NCBI GenBank assembly: GCA_951406725.2
Contig: OX597841.1
Span: forward strand, 1,426,001-1,490,000
From: Octopus vulgaris
Lineage: Eukaryota
Reading direction: 5' to 3'
Length of the DNA: 64,000 bases
Position 1 is the stretch's first letter. The number at the start of each line of letters is the position of its first letter. The notes beneath the pieces were generated by a model, which was not told where the DNA came from, did not search any database, and worked only from the letters and a program-made list of their open reading frames with translations. This document shows, piece after piece, positions 1-13,908 of this stretch. The position numbers and the translations under genes are program-made.

Positions 1-65
1 CTTCTCACCATATTGTCTCCTCTCTGATATTATGTATCATATATATATGTGTGTGTGTGTGTGCG

Positions 66-97
<32 letters not shown>

Positions 98-346
98 CGT
101 ATACATATATGTGTGTGTGTACGTATATATGTATATATATATATATATATATATTTAAATATATACATGTATATGTATATATATGTATATATATATATGC
201 TTATATATGTGTGTGTATGTGTATGCGCGTGTGTGCATGTGTATATTATATACATATATGTATGTGCATGTATAAATTATATATAGATGTACTTATATAT
301 ATATATATAAAAGTTAATTGAGATACATATATATAAACATATATAT

Positions 347-393
<47 letters not shown>

Positions 394-408
394 CATATAT
401 TTTTTAAT

Positions 409-463
<55 letters not shown>

Positions 464-1111
464 TTGACTACTTTGCCATTATTTATGTTTCTTGCAAACA
501 AAAGGGAACACAAAAGACAGTCCAGTTCTCATTTGGTGCCTCTGCAATAAATGCTTCCATAGAATGTTTCGCATTAATCTTCCAGTGTGACTTCATTCCT
601 AGAATGATATATCAACCAAGCAACCTACTGGACAGGGATATTGTTTCACTTTGTGATAGCTCTGTATGTCTTTGAATGTGTGTAAATGATGAAATAATCA
701 CCACGTGTAACATCTCAGCCAGCTGTCTCTTACAATGGCCCCCGCTCAACCAATGCCTTGAGAGTGAATTTGGCAGATGGAAACTGAAAGAAGCTCTTGG
801 TGTGTATGTATGTATGTATATATGTGTATATGTATGCATGTATGTATGTATTAGGACAACTTTTAGCACAACATTCTTTTAAATTCCACTTATAATTGGA
901 GAGAACTGTAGCGTTTCTTTTTATATTCAGGAAAGAATAAATGAGATTGTGTAAATCATTCTTAGAATTATCTTGTCTCAATAAACGGTAAAGTCATTTC
1001 ATAGAAATATCTTTTAATCTATTTAGCCCATATCTGGCTCAAATATTCTACTTGTTTTAAGTTCAAACTGACCAGTTCCAACATTCCACACTTAACCTAC
1101 ATTGTCATTAA

Positions 1112-1332
1112 CCCTTTCGTTACCAACCTGGCTGAAACCAGCTCTGGCTCTGTAGTACAAATGTCTTGTTTCCATAAGTTTTGCATTGAAATATACCACC
1201 AAACCTTAGTCACAATTTATGTTCCTAACTCTAGCTTAATGATAACTAAGTTATTTTACTAAATTCTTTGTTATATTTAAAATAATTGAAAGAAACACAG
1301 AACATCTCAAAATAAATACAGTAACGAAAGGG
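1112..1332. mobile_element. piggyBac-type MITE
   Basis: Perfect TIRs CCCTTTCGTTAC/GTAACGAAAGGG flanked by TTAA on both sides (1108-1111, 1333-1336). Confidence 0.8.
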
Positions 1333-2398
1333 TTAAAAGATAATATCATCAAAATCTTCATGTTATGAGATAATATATGATTAATTCAAAAGAATGTCAT
1401 TTAATAAACATTGCATTTGACTGAGTACTCAGAATGTTAAATGGTTAAAATAACCATATCATACTTTGGAAAACATTTGCTTTACAATGGCATGTGTGTT
1501 TGTATGCGCATGAGTGTGTGTGTGTGTGTATGTGTGTTTATGATAGTATTTGTGATCAATCAGTGCTTAACATCTGGTGTGGGTTTGTTTACATCCTTGC
1601 ACCTTAACAGTTCAGCAAAATGAGCCTGACAAAACAAGTACCTGATTTAAAAAATAGGTACTTGGTTCAATTTGACAAAAATTTTCAAAGGGACGCTCAA
1701 GCAATGGCTGCTATCTCGGAGGCTGCAACTAGTGAAAGAAAATAAAGCAAACAGGATTTTTTTTTAAAATGTCTGTATTTGAAACGTTGCTTTGTCGATG
1801 TAAGAAAAGAACTTAAGCATGAGGACCAAACAGAAGCTTACAATCCATTCTATCACCAGACACAATGAGAATAACATGACATTTGAAAATAAGCCTCTTT
1901 GCAGAGCTGATGATCTGATTGGCTTTATAATGCAAGAAACCTAAAATAATGCAAGTGAACCCCCTTATTCTATATTATAATATGTATATATATATATGTA
2001 TGTATGTATGTATATATATATATATATATATATAATAAATATTAGGGAATGAATCCAAAATTACAGGGAAAAAAATCAGATTTAGGATTAAATCCAATTT
2101 TATAGTAAAATATTATATAATATTAATTCGAGACAAAACCACTATTTTGCAAATCAAACAAGGAAAGACTTAATCAATACATACAAAATTTTAATATAAA
2201 GTAAATAAATACTACAATTGTTTCATGTCTTCATGTCTTCGTGAAACAATTGTAGTGGCGATTTATTTACTTTATATTAAAATTTTTTATGTATTGATTA
2301 AGTCTTTCCTTATTTGATTTGCAAAATAGTGGTTTTGTCTCGAATTAATATTATATATATATATATATATATAAAGATATATATATATATACACACGC

Positions 2399-2454
<56 letters not shown>

Positions 2455-2817
2455 TCAAGTCATTCTGGTTCTCTTTGTGTTCGTGGTATCACTGTTTTCA
2501 TAATAAAACATACATATATATATATACACACATATATATATACATACATACATACATAATATATACTTACACACACACAACACACACACACACACACATA
2601 TATATGTGTGTGTTTATGTATGTATGTATTAGACATATATATGTGTGTGCTTATGTGTATGCATGTGTATATGTATATGTATGTATTTATGTGTGAGTGT
2701 GTGTGAGTATGTGTGTATCTTTTATCGTTTAGTTGTTTCAGTCATTAAGCTGACACTGATATATGTGTGTATACAAGTGTGTATATATACCTATGTATGT
2801 ATGTATATATATGTATA

Positions 2818-2900
<83 letters not shown>

Positions 2901-3384
2901 GTATTTATATATATATATATATATATATGTTTATATATATATATGTGTGTGTGTGTATGTATATGTTTATATGTGTATATGTGAGTGTGTATGTAAACCT
3001 GCACGCATACACGCACATACAGACGCACATATATACCCTACATATTGCCAAAACTTAAAGAGCTCCAACAGTTTGGTGTACACAGCACAATTGTCTCAAT
3101 CATCAGGCATGGTTAATTAATTGGTTGCTAATGATTGGTTAAATGTTTCACTAATGAATGGCTAATTATGGTGCTGCTTTAATGAATAATAATGTTTTCA
3201 CTGTCTCATCACTATATATATGTATGTATATATATATATATATATGCCTGCATATATATGTATATATATTGCTACTGGTCCCTGGCTGTTGTCAACACAT
3301 ATATACTGTCTTGTTGGCATCTCGTTATTTATCTATGTATGCATATATATATATATATTTATTAATATATATATATATATTTAT

Positions 3385-3534
<150 letters not shown>

Positions 3535-5899
3535 TATATACATATATACATATATATACACAACATGTATATATGTATGTACGTATATGTATGTGTGTGT
3601 GTATATATATATATGTGGTTATTGTTCTTTTTTTTATGGTTTCCCTGTTTAGCCCATGGTCACCTCAACTCTGTGGACCTAAATCATCAAAGAGGTTCCA
3701 GGTGTCATTTTTGCATATTCTTTTTCAGCAATTATCCTTCAGCTCATTTAATTAATCATTACAGCGACATTGGATTTTTTTCTAACATTTAATCAACTAA
3801 TTCTCTTTTCATCTTTGTTCATATATATGTGTGTGTATGAGAGGAAGCAAAAATGGAAGAGTGTGAGCTGAGGAAATCTTGACTGCTATTTCTAGTGAAA
3901 AATATAAAGAATCAGGAGCTTTGTCCATGACCCCTGTATGATATATTTGAAATTTTGGTGGCCCTTCTTACCAAGCACAAAGTTTTCTTTGTGTATGAAT
4001 ATATATATGTGTCTGTGTGTATACATTTGTGAATTTTTTATTGTGGTTTCTTCATCATTTCAGTGGTCATGTTAAAAGGTCATGTGTTTTTCTATTAACT
4101 AAGTAATAATAAAATTTTATAATTATTTTTTTGATGTGTTACATAATAAAAAAACTTATTTTGTAAATTTCCTAGTTTCATCATTTTTAGAAACCTTTTG
4201 AATTAAATATCTGAGATGATTTAATGTTAATAATTATTGTTTGGTTTCTTAAGCTTCTCTTCAGTGTGAATGTAATAAATTCACATGAGTTTATAGGAAT
4301 GAATTAAGTTTAATTACTCTGATGACTGCATTGTAGATAGATTGAGTTTGTTTTTGTGAATTAGTTAAGATGTGGCATTTCTCAGTTATACATAGTTAGC
4401 AATGCCCAGGTTGTGTTTCAGCATAGCCTTCTACTTTCCAAAATAACCTATCCATTTAATGTTAAGATCTCACCTCCCTTACCTGACCTCCTCCTCATTT
4501 CTTTCATTCATTGTGAGTACATCTTGAGCTGCATCTTGTCCCTACTGTTTAACATGATGACTGAGAAGAATCAATGTTGTGGATATTTATCCTTCTTTGG
4601 AGAGAAAAATATATAGAAAGACCAATGTAGAGTTACTAAGAAGTAGATTAATTTTATTCTTTGTAACCCCAATATTAGCTGCTGTAAATATATATATTTT
4701 CCCTTTCTCTGAAGAAGGACAAGTGTCCAAAACATTGAGTATTTCACTTCTCTGAATAAATTAACACATTCTAATCTCTTTTTGTCGTATTTGCCAATAC
4801 AGAACACTACCAGTTTTTCTTAGATTCCTGATCTTATCTCTTATTTTCTTTCTTTCATTTCTGCCTGGCCACTACTTGACTCTCTCCACTCCAAAATGTC
4901 ACCTGTTTCTCATTCAACACAGCCACAAAATTTACTGATATCTAGAAACTTCCATACACCTTGATTAATTACTGCCATTCTTGTAGATGCAGTCTCTCCT
5001 CAGTTATTCTAGATTCCTGATTTTACTCTCCTCCCAGCTGAGATGTCCCTGTCTTGCAAGACACTTGGCAAGCCCACAGGTTCTGGTGCTGCATAAAAGA
5101 TGCCACTGCAGTGCTATGAAGAGGCACCCATTTTGGTGCCACGTTAAAAACAGTCATGTCAGGGCCTTGTACAAAGCACCCATTCCTGAGCCACATTAGA
5201 AGCAGTTGTGCTGGTTTCATGTGGAGAGCACCGGTGCTTGTGCCATAGAAATTAGCACTTGTGTTGGTCCCACATAAGCAACACTCAGTGCACTCTGTAA
5301 AGTGTCTGGTATTAAGAAGGGCATCCAGCCGTGGAAACCATACCAAAACAGATGCCTGGAGCATGGTGCAGCTCTTCAGCTTGTCAGCTCCTGTCAAACC
5401 ATCCAACCCATGCCAGCATAGAAAACAGACGTTAAATGATGATGATGGTGATGGTGATGTTGATGTTGATGTTGATGATGACGATGACGATGATGACGAT
5501 GACGATGATGACTGTCTTCTATCATAACCTTAACTCAACCAAATCCCATTGCATGGCCTAAACTCATTCTTTAGGGGTTAACCTTCAGCCCTCAACTGAA
5601 TCAACAGAATTATGTGACCATTTGGTTTCCTTAGTGGATTCCCTTTTCTTGCAAGCATTCTCATAAGGTCTCCAGTCTTTATCCTAAAAAAACCCAGCAG
5701 TATGTTTATGTTGATGGGCTGCTTCTTAAAGCAGTCAACCAATCTCCCAGCTTCTCCCCATTTCACCCTTTAAGGCTCTACAAGTTGTTATGGACACCGT
5801 GGTCAAGAGGTTTTTTTCAAAGCAATGGTCAAGAAGTTAATTCAAAGCAATGGGAAACAACAAGCTTTACATTTGATGGTCATCTGAATGCTAAGGGGT

Positions 5900-6194
5900 G
5901 AACTATTTAGCATTTGAACTGGTCATATTTAACCCCAAAATGCAACTTGTTCTATGTCCAAACAGGCCAGATCCAGCCTCTTACACCCACTCTACAATGT
6001 CATTGTAAAAATTTACAATCATAGGCGCAGGAGTGGCTGTGTGGTGAGTAGCTTGTTAACCAACCACATGGTTCTGGGTTCAGTCCCACTGGGTGGCATC
6101 TTGGGCAAGTGTCTTCTGCTATAGCCCTGGGCCGACCAATGCCTTGTAAGTGGATTTGGTAGACGGAAACTGAAAGAAGCCTGTCGTATATATG

Positions 6195-6229
<35 letters not shown>

Positions 6230-6550
6230 TTGTGTGTCTGTGTTTGTTCCCCTAGCATTGCTTGACAACCGATGCTGGTGTGTTTACGTCCCCGTCACTT
6301 AGCGGTTCGGCAAAAAGAGACCGATAGAATAAGTACTGGGCTTACAAAAAGAATAAGTCCCGGGGTCGAGTTGCTCGACTAAAGGCGGTGCTCCAGCATG
6401 GCCGCAGTCAAATGACTGAAACAAGTGAAAGAGTAGAGTAAAAGAGTATATTGAAATCCTGAAGCTATGAGACAATGCATGATTAATTCAAAACAAGGTG
6501 AATAAATAAGCATTACATTTGACAGGGTAATCTGAATGTTAAAAGGTTAA
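5900..6550. mobile_element. Older TTAA-ended MITE family, interrupted here by a SINE; related pieces at ~1013-1446, 8163-8260, 28370-28500 and 39181-39405
   Basis: Shared sequence (tttagcattt...ggccagatcc...gcatgattaattcaaaac...ctgaatgttaaaaggttaa) recurs in both orientations. Confidence 0.55.
6024..6447 (+). mobile_element. tRNA-derived SINE family A, full length
   Basis: A box (tggctgtgtgg), B box (ggttcagtccc), CORE-like cttgggcaagtg, internal (TA)/(TG)n and an A-rich tail. More than 12 homologous copies or fragments in the window. Confidence 0.85.
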
Positions 6551-7431
6551 ACCATTGCATCTCTGTGACTTTTAAAGGGACAACTTAAGAAATCTATGAT
6601 AAGAAGTAGTAAAGTCGGATTAAGCTCTTTCTTTGATATTTTCTTGCATTTCCATAACGGTTAGTCATTAAAGAAAGCGATGTTATGGACTGAACACGAC
6701 ATCTGTGTCTCTTTGCAAATGCTCTACCAACGTGATACAGTTCTGTGTCTTTGTTTCTGTGATTCAAATGAGAAACCAGTGATATATTTTATAACTTCTC
6801 AAAGCACATTCAATCAAAATTAATCTGTTTGGACATAAAAAATACTCTCAGCTGGGAAAGTCTTTGTTCATGGAATTATCCCGGTATTATTAGAATATTC
6901 TCTCTTTTTTTTTATTTTCTTGGAAAAAACGAATTCCAAGAGGAAAAAAAAATTGTGTTTTCTCTGCTGTCTGTTGATGTCTCTGTTATAATGTTCATCC
7001 ATTCAGGCTTTAAAAAAAAAAGGATTCAGATGAGACAACACAAAGAAAATGAAGTGGTAACTTGTTCCAACCCACGTTGGCATAAAAGAGATGAGGGTTA
7101 AAAGTGAGAATGATGAACGATGAGCAGTCTGTTGATTGCTTATCATCATCATCATCGTCATCATCACCACCACCTCCAACACCACCACAACCACCCCATC
7201 ATCACCAACAACAACAACGACCACCACCGCCGTCATCATCACCACCACCAATTATTAGGCACTCTTGTTTGTCCCTCCTAAAGGTTACTATATCTGGCCC
7301 TTGGTGCTGTAATACCTTGTCTGTCTGGAAGTCAAAGTCCCAGGGGTTTTTTGTCGTCCCCTTTTTCGTCCATCACCTTTTCCAGTGTATGTTGGTACCA
7401 AGCACCCATAACCTCATATCCATACTTACTT

Positions 7432-7463
<32 letters not shown>

Positions 7464-7697
7464 TATTATTAAGGCAGCAAGCCAGCAGAATCATTAGCAT
7501 CCCAGGCAAAATGCTTTGTGGCGTTTTGTCCGTTCTTATGTTCCGAGATCAAATTTTGCCAAGGTCAGCCTTGCCTTCCATCCTTTCAAGGTCGATAAAA
7601 TAAGTACCAGTTGAAAACTGAGGTCAATGTAAATGACTTATCCCTTCCCCCCAAAATTCAGGCCGGCCTTGTGCCTTTAGTAGAAAGGATTATTATT

Positions 7698-7733
<36 letters not shown>

Positions 7734-7757
7734 ATTATCATTATTATTATTATCATT

Positions 7758-7798
<41 letters not shown>

Positions 7799-7844
7799 AA
7801 TTATCATTATTATTATTATTATCATTATCATTAACATTATTACA

Positions 7845-7892
<48 letters not shown>

Positions 7893-8016
7893 TATACATG
7901 CACATATCTATACATGTTAATACATGTGTATTTATGACAAAGACCAGACAATAATTATTAATTTTTGCTTATTTTTTCTCATTTTTTTTTTCTTTTTTAT
8001 TTTCTACCTCTTTCAG

Positions 8017-8146
8017 ACGCTTGACGAGCTGTCTGAGCTATTGAGTATGGAGCGGTCTGAACTTGAAGAGACAGTGCATGAAAGCAAATGCGATGAAATC
8101 TCTGCCATGTTCAACATGGTAATGGATAAGAAACGCATTGCTAAAG
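8017..8146 (+). CDS. Internal coding exon: UBA-like domain of a probable AMPK-related Ser/Thr kinase (MARK/MELK/HUNK-type)
   Basis: Long polypyrimidine tract + tttcag| acceptor; AAAG|gtagga donor. 130 nt, phase 0 to 1. Encodes TLDELSELLSMERSELEETVHESKCDEISAMFNMVMDKKRIAK(G), which resembles the post-kinase UBA helix pattern (DEISAMFNMVMDKK vs DEITATYLLL/DHLTATYLLLLAKK). The family call is from recalled motifs only. Confidence 0.8.
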
Positions 8147-8257
8147 GTAGGATTTATTTCCTTTAACTGTTTCACATTTAAACCGGTCATATCCGGTTAA
8201 AAGTATTATGTCTGCTTCATGCTCAGACTGGCCAGATCTGGCCTTTCACACCAACCC

Positions 8258-10265
8258 TGTTGATCCACACTGTTTATTTGTTATTCTGTTGATCCACCAC
8301 TATCAACTATTATTTGATATCCTGCTGGTTCTCAGCTGTTTATTTGATATCCTATAAATCCACAGTTATTTATTTGATAACCTGTTGATCCACAGCTGTT
8401 TATTTGATATTCTGTTGATCCACAGCTATCAACTATTATTTGATATCCTGCTGATTCTCAGCTGTTTATTTGATATCCTGCTGGTTCTCAGCTGTTTATT
8501 TGATATCTTATAAATCCACAGTTATTTATTTGATAACCTGTTGATCCACAGCTGTTTATTTGATAACCTGTTGATCCACAGCTATCAACTATTATTTGAT
8601 ATCCTGCTGATTCTCAGCTGTTTATTTGATATCCTGCTGGTTCTCAGCTGTTTATTTGATATCTTATAAATCCACAGTTATTTATTTGATAACTTGTTGA
8701 TCCACAGCTGTTTATTTGATATTCTGTTGATCCACAGCTATCAACTATTATTTGATATCCTGCTGATTCTCAGCTGTTTATTTGATATCCTGCTGGTTCT
8801 CAGCTGTTTATTTGATATCTTATAAATCCACAGTTATTTATTTGATAACTTGTTGATCCACAGCTGTTTATTTGTTATTCTGTTGATCCACAACTATCAA
8901 CTATTATTTGATATCCTGCTGGTTCTCAGCTGTTTATTTGATATCCTATAAATCCACAGTTATTTATTTGATAACCTGTTAATCCACAGCTGTTTATTTG
9001 ACAACCTGTTGATCCACAGCTATCAACTATTATTTGATATCCTGCTGGTTCTCAGCTGTTTATTTGATATCTTATAAATCCACAGTTATTTATTTGATAA
9101 CCTGTTAATCACAGCTGTTTATTTGACATATTTGTTGATCCACAGCTATCTCATTATTTGATATCCTGCTGGTTCTCAGCTGTTTATTTGATATCCTGTT
9201 GGTTCCACAGCTGTTTATTTCATATTCTGTTGATCCACAGCTATCAACTATTATTTGATATCCTGCTGGTTCTCAGCTGCTTATTTGATATCCTATAAAT
9301 CCACAGTTATTTATTTGATAACCTGTTGATCCACAGCTGTTTATTTGATATTCTGTTGATCCACCACTATCAACTATTATTTGATATCCTGCTGATTCTC
9401 AGCTGTTTATTTGATATCCTGCTGGTTCTCAGCTGTTTATTTGATATCCTATAAATCCACAGTTATTTATTTGATAACCTGTTAATCCACAGCTGTTTAT
9501 TTGATATTCTGTTGATCCACAACTATCAACTATTATTTGATATCCTGCTGATTCTCAGCTGTTTATTTGATATCCTATAAATCCACAGTTATTTATTTGA
9601 TAACCTGTTAATCCACTACTGTTTATTTGATATCCTATAAATCCACAGTTATTTATTTGATAACCTGTTAATCCACAGCTGTTTATTTGATATTCTGTTG
9701 ATCCACCACTATCAACTATTATTTGATATCCTGCTGATTCTCAGCTGTTTGTTTGATATCCTGCTGGTTCTCGGCTGTTTATTTGATATCCTATAAATCC
9801 ACAGTTATTTATTTGATAACCTGTTAATCCACAGCTGTTTATCCTCCTGGTTCTCAGCTGTTTATTTGATATCCTATAAATCCACAGTTATTTATTTGAT
9901 AACCTGTTAATCCACAGCTGTTTATCCTGCTGGTTCTCAGCTGTTTATTTGATATCCTATAAATCCACAGTTGTTTATTTGATAACCTGTTGAACCACAG
10001 CTGTTTATTTGATATTCTGTTGATCCACCACTATCAACTATTATTTGATATCCTGCTGGTTCTCAGCTGTTTATTTGATATCCTATAAATTCACAGTTGT
10101 TTATTTGATAACCTGTTAATCCACAGCTGTTTATTTGATATTCTGTTGATCCACCACTATCAACTATTATTTGATATCCTGCTGATTCTCAGATGTTTCT
10201 TCGATAACCTGTTAATCCACAGTTGTTATTTGATATCTACATAATCCACAGGTTTGTCTTTGATA
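8258..10265. repeat. ~2-kb higher-order minisatellite of related 30/36-bp monomers
   Basis: Monomers ctgttgatccacagctatcaactattatttgatatc (36), ctgctggttctcagctgtttatttgatatc, ctataaatccacagttatttatttgataac and ctgttgatccacagctgtttatttgatatt (30 each), cycling as 126/156-bp units. Confidence 0.92.
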
Positions 10266-10734
10266 TCTTTTTTTTTTTTACCAAGAACTGTCTCTTCACT
10301 ATTTTGTTGATCTGCAGCTGTTATTTCATATTTTGTTGACCCACTATTGTTCATTTGATAACCATTGCCTGTTCAGTGCCAGGGAATGAGTTAAGGGTCA
10401 GCATACACATTCGATCGCTATAAAGAAATCATTTGTGGAGGTTGTTTGGCAAAATGCAGAGCACTCATAAGGTATCTCCAATGGGAGAGTCCCTTATTAA
10501 TATTATTATTATTATTGAGTGAGAGAGCAATACATGCCATCAAAGTGACACTTGGGTAAAATATACAAAGCCCAATATAACCATCATGACTACCCGTCTG
10601 ATAAGGGTACACCAGGCATATGCATCACAACCATATGTTGCGTGAAATGGTGATCTCCTAGTAAGAGAAACAGTGCATGACCTTGAAACCATTATTGCAT
10701 TCATGTAGCTTCTCTATATTGTCTCTTTATCCAT

Positions 10735-11116
10735 TCTCTCTCTCTCTCCCTTCTCTCTTCCGTTCCCCTCTCACCCCTCTCCTCTCCACCCATCACCCTT
10801 TCCTCCCTCTCTCTTTCTCTCCCTCTCTCTTTCTCTCTCTCTCTCATTCTTTCTCCCTCTCTCTTGCCCTCTCCTCCCCTCTCTCCCCTCCTACTCTCCT
10901 GCCTCTCCCTCCATCACCCCCTCTGTCCTCCCTCTCATTCTCCCTCTCTCTCACCCTCTCTTTCTGCCTCTCCCCTCTCCCTCCCCTTCTCTCTCATTCT
11001 TTCTCCCTCTCCTCCCCCTCTCACTCCTCCTACTCTCTCGCCCTCTCTCTCCTGCCTCTCCCTCCATCACCCCCTCTGTCCTCCCTCTCTTTCTGCCTCT
11101 CCCCTCTTCTCCCTCC

Positions 11117-11194
<78 letters not shown>

Positions 11195-11219
11195 TTCTTC
11201 TTTCTCCATCTCTCTGCAG
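10735..11219 (+). repeat. ~480-bp polypyrimidine/(CT)n tract ending at the exon acceptor
   Basis: Almost pure C/T with internal duplications; perfect (CT)n at ~11120-11191. Confidence 0.9.
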
Positions 11220-11333
11220 GTATATTCGATCAGGATCACACTGCTACACCCGAAACGAAACCACCGCGTAAACATGAACGAACTGGAAGATCTAAAAAAC
11301 CACGATCTTCAGTGCCAAAACCTAAGAATACAT
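11220..11333 (+). CDS. Internal coding exon of the same gene (basic, disordered linker)
   Basis: (CT)n tract + ctgcag| acceptor; T|gtgagt donor. 114 nt, phase 1 to 1, in frame with the previous exon: (G)IFDQDHTATPETKPPRKHERTGRSKKPRSSVPKPKNT, no stops. Confidence 0.8.
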
Positions 11334-11484
11334 GTGAGTAGTAATCCCAACACCTCTGACAACATCGAAACTTCTTTTTATGTTATTGTAATTAGTTTCC
11401 TCTGAAGGAATTGGACATGTCTATGGCATTTTGTGGGGGGCTCTGAGATTGGTGAGAATGGTTAAATGGTTACAAACCAACACA

Positions 11485-11902
11485 TGAGGCGGTGAGCTGG
11501 TAGAATCGTTAGCACGCCGGGCGAAATGCTTAGCCGTATTTCGTCTGCCGTTACGTTCTGAGTTCAAATTTTGCCGAGGCCAACTTTGCCTTTCATCCTT
11601 TCGGGGTCGATAAATTAAGTACCAGTTACGCACTGGGGTCGATATAATCAACTAAATCCGGTTGTCTGTCCTTGTTTGTCCCTTCTGTGTTTAGCCCCTT
11701 GTGGGTAGTAAAGAAATAGGTATTTCGTCTGCCGTTACATTCTGAGTTCAAATTCTGCTGAGGTTGACTTTGCCTTTCCTCCTTTCGGGGTCGATAAATT
11801 AAGTACCAGTTACGCACTGGGGTCGATGTAATCGACTAAATCCGGTTGTCTGTCCTTGTTTGTCCCTTCTGTGTTTAGCCCCTTGTGGGTAGTAAAGAAA
11901 TA
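11485..11902 (+). mobile_element. tRNA-derived SINE family C (Nin/Deu-like central domain) with an internal 184-bp duplication and a 17-bp TSD
   Basis: TSD ggttacaaaccaacaca at 11468-11484 and 11903-11919; B box gagttcaaatt; central gcctttcatcctttcggggtcgataaattaagtaccag. Other copies at ~7473-7690, 24270-24450, 40925-41040 and 58300-58460(-). Confidence 0.85.
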
Positions 11903-12075
11903 GGTTACAAACCAACACAAACAATTGCAGGTTAGTGATTTCAACAAAATGCAAGATAAAAAAAAATGCTCAGGAATAGTTTTTTGAGGGAGATTCAGCA
12001 TACTTAGGAAGAATAACTGTAGGTAGTTGCTTGGTACGGGTCGGGATCATTAAGATGGTACCTGCACCCATAGTA

Positions 12076-12415
12076 CTGCGTTGTCCAGAAATTTCATGCC
12101 GATTTTTAAAGGAAAGAAAAGGGTAATTAAATACTTGCCATTACATTTTTAATCAACCAAATATGAACCATTTTGTTGCAAAATGCGTCTCCGTCTTTCC
12201 TTTAACTTGAAAATACCCTTTTCCCAGAATTGAGGTGGTTTCATGGCAAAGAATTTATCAAGGTATCTTTTTAAGTCATCCAAGAAATTGAAATTTTTAC
12301 CATTAAGACCTGAATAAGTAGAAATCCGAAGGAGTAATATCTGGTGAATATGGAGGGTGGGGTAACACATCCCAGCCAGGCTGTAGCAATTTTTGTCTGG
12401 TTCCCAAAGCATCAA
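12076..12415 (-). pseudogene. Mariner (DD34D) transposase C-terminal fragment + TIR
   Basis: Minus strand encodes RQKLLQPGWDVLPHPPYSPDITPSDFYLFRS (YSPDLAPSD motif), then after a frameshift LNGKNFNFLDDLKRYLDKFFAMKPPQFWEKGIFKLKERRRRILQQNGSYLVD*. A TA + TIR-like end lies at 12074. Confidence 0.9.
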
Positions 12416-12893
12416 GTGCTGAAAATGAACTTTCTTATCAAACCATGCAACCCGTGCCAGCATTGAAGGCGGCCATTAAACAATGATAATGATGTATTGA
12501 GTTCCCTTCTTTGAGGTTCTGGCTGGGCTGATGGCTCACATTGATGGGTCAGTGTCTCACAATCACAGTGGTTTAATGGTTAGGATGTTCGGCTCTCAGT
12601 CGTAAGGTCATGAGTTTGCTTCCTGTTGGCAGATTGTGTCTTTGAGTGAAACACTTTATTTTGAGGTGACAAAATTGTGTTGCACCTGGTTTTCAAAGGG
12701 CTGGCCTTGTCACATTCCATGTCTCACAGAATCTTCCTGAGAACTACATTAAGGTTACACATGTAGGAGTGGGTGTGTGGTAAGTAGCTTGCTTACAAAC
12801 CACATGGTGCCAGGTTCAGTCCCACTGCATGGCACCTTGTGAGTGGATTTGGTAGATTTGGTATATATATATATATACATATGTGTGTGTGTG

Positions 12894-12960
<67 letters not shown>

Positions 12961-13872
12961 TTGTGTGTCATCAAGTCAAATTAGACCGTAGTCATGTCCG
13001 ATGCCAGTATTGCCTGACCGGCACCTGTGCCAGTGGCATGTAAAAAGCAACATTTGAGTGTGGCCATTGCCAGTTTTGCCTGACTGGCACATAAAAATAA
13101 CCCACTATATGAGTGGTCGGCATATTAGGAAGAACATTCAGCTGTAGAGACCTTGCAATATCAGATTGAAGCTGGTGCAGCCTCCCAGCTCACCATTTCT
13201 CAGCCACACCGTCCAACCCATGCCAGCATGGAAAGCAGACGTTAAACAATGATGATGATGATGATAATTTCATCTAGTTGGTATTTGCTGAGAACTCTAA
13301 TTATATCAGTTTTTGTAAGGTTTATTAATATAATAGGCAGGTTCTGTCAAAAATTATCTTTATGATCTTTAACAGTAAATTATGGTATTTAGGTTTCAGT
13401 GATTTCATTCTGTCATCAGATTCTTGCTGATCAGTGGCAATTTGGGAGCCATGAGTGTTAAAGGCATTCAAAATGTTATTTCGATATATGTATATGCGTG
13501 TAATATGCACACGCACACACATACACACACACACATGTATATGTATGTATGAATGTATGTATGTACACATGTGTATGTATGTATGTATACATATGTATGT
13601 GTGTGTATGTAGACATATATATATATATAACAAAACGCACACACACACACACACACATGTATATGTATGTGTGAATGTATGTATGTACACATATGTGTAT
13701 GTATGTATGTATACATATATACATATGTATGTGTGTGTATGTAGACATGTATGTATATATATATATATAACAATACACACACACACAGGTATATGTATGT
13801 GTGAATGTATGTATGTACACATATGTGTATATATGTATACATATATACATATGTATGTGTGTGTATGTAGAC

Positions 13873-13908
<36 letters not shown>

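Noticed and set aside
8258-10265. CRISPR-like appearance (constant ttatttgata core with variable intervening sequence)
   Set aside because: The 'spacers' are homologous and recur cyclically; eukaryotic context; no cas genes.
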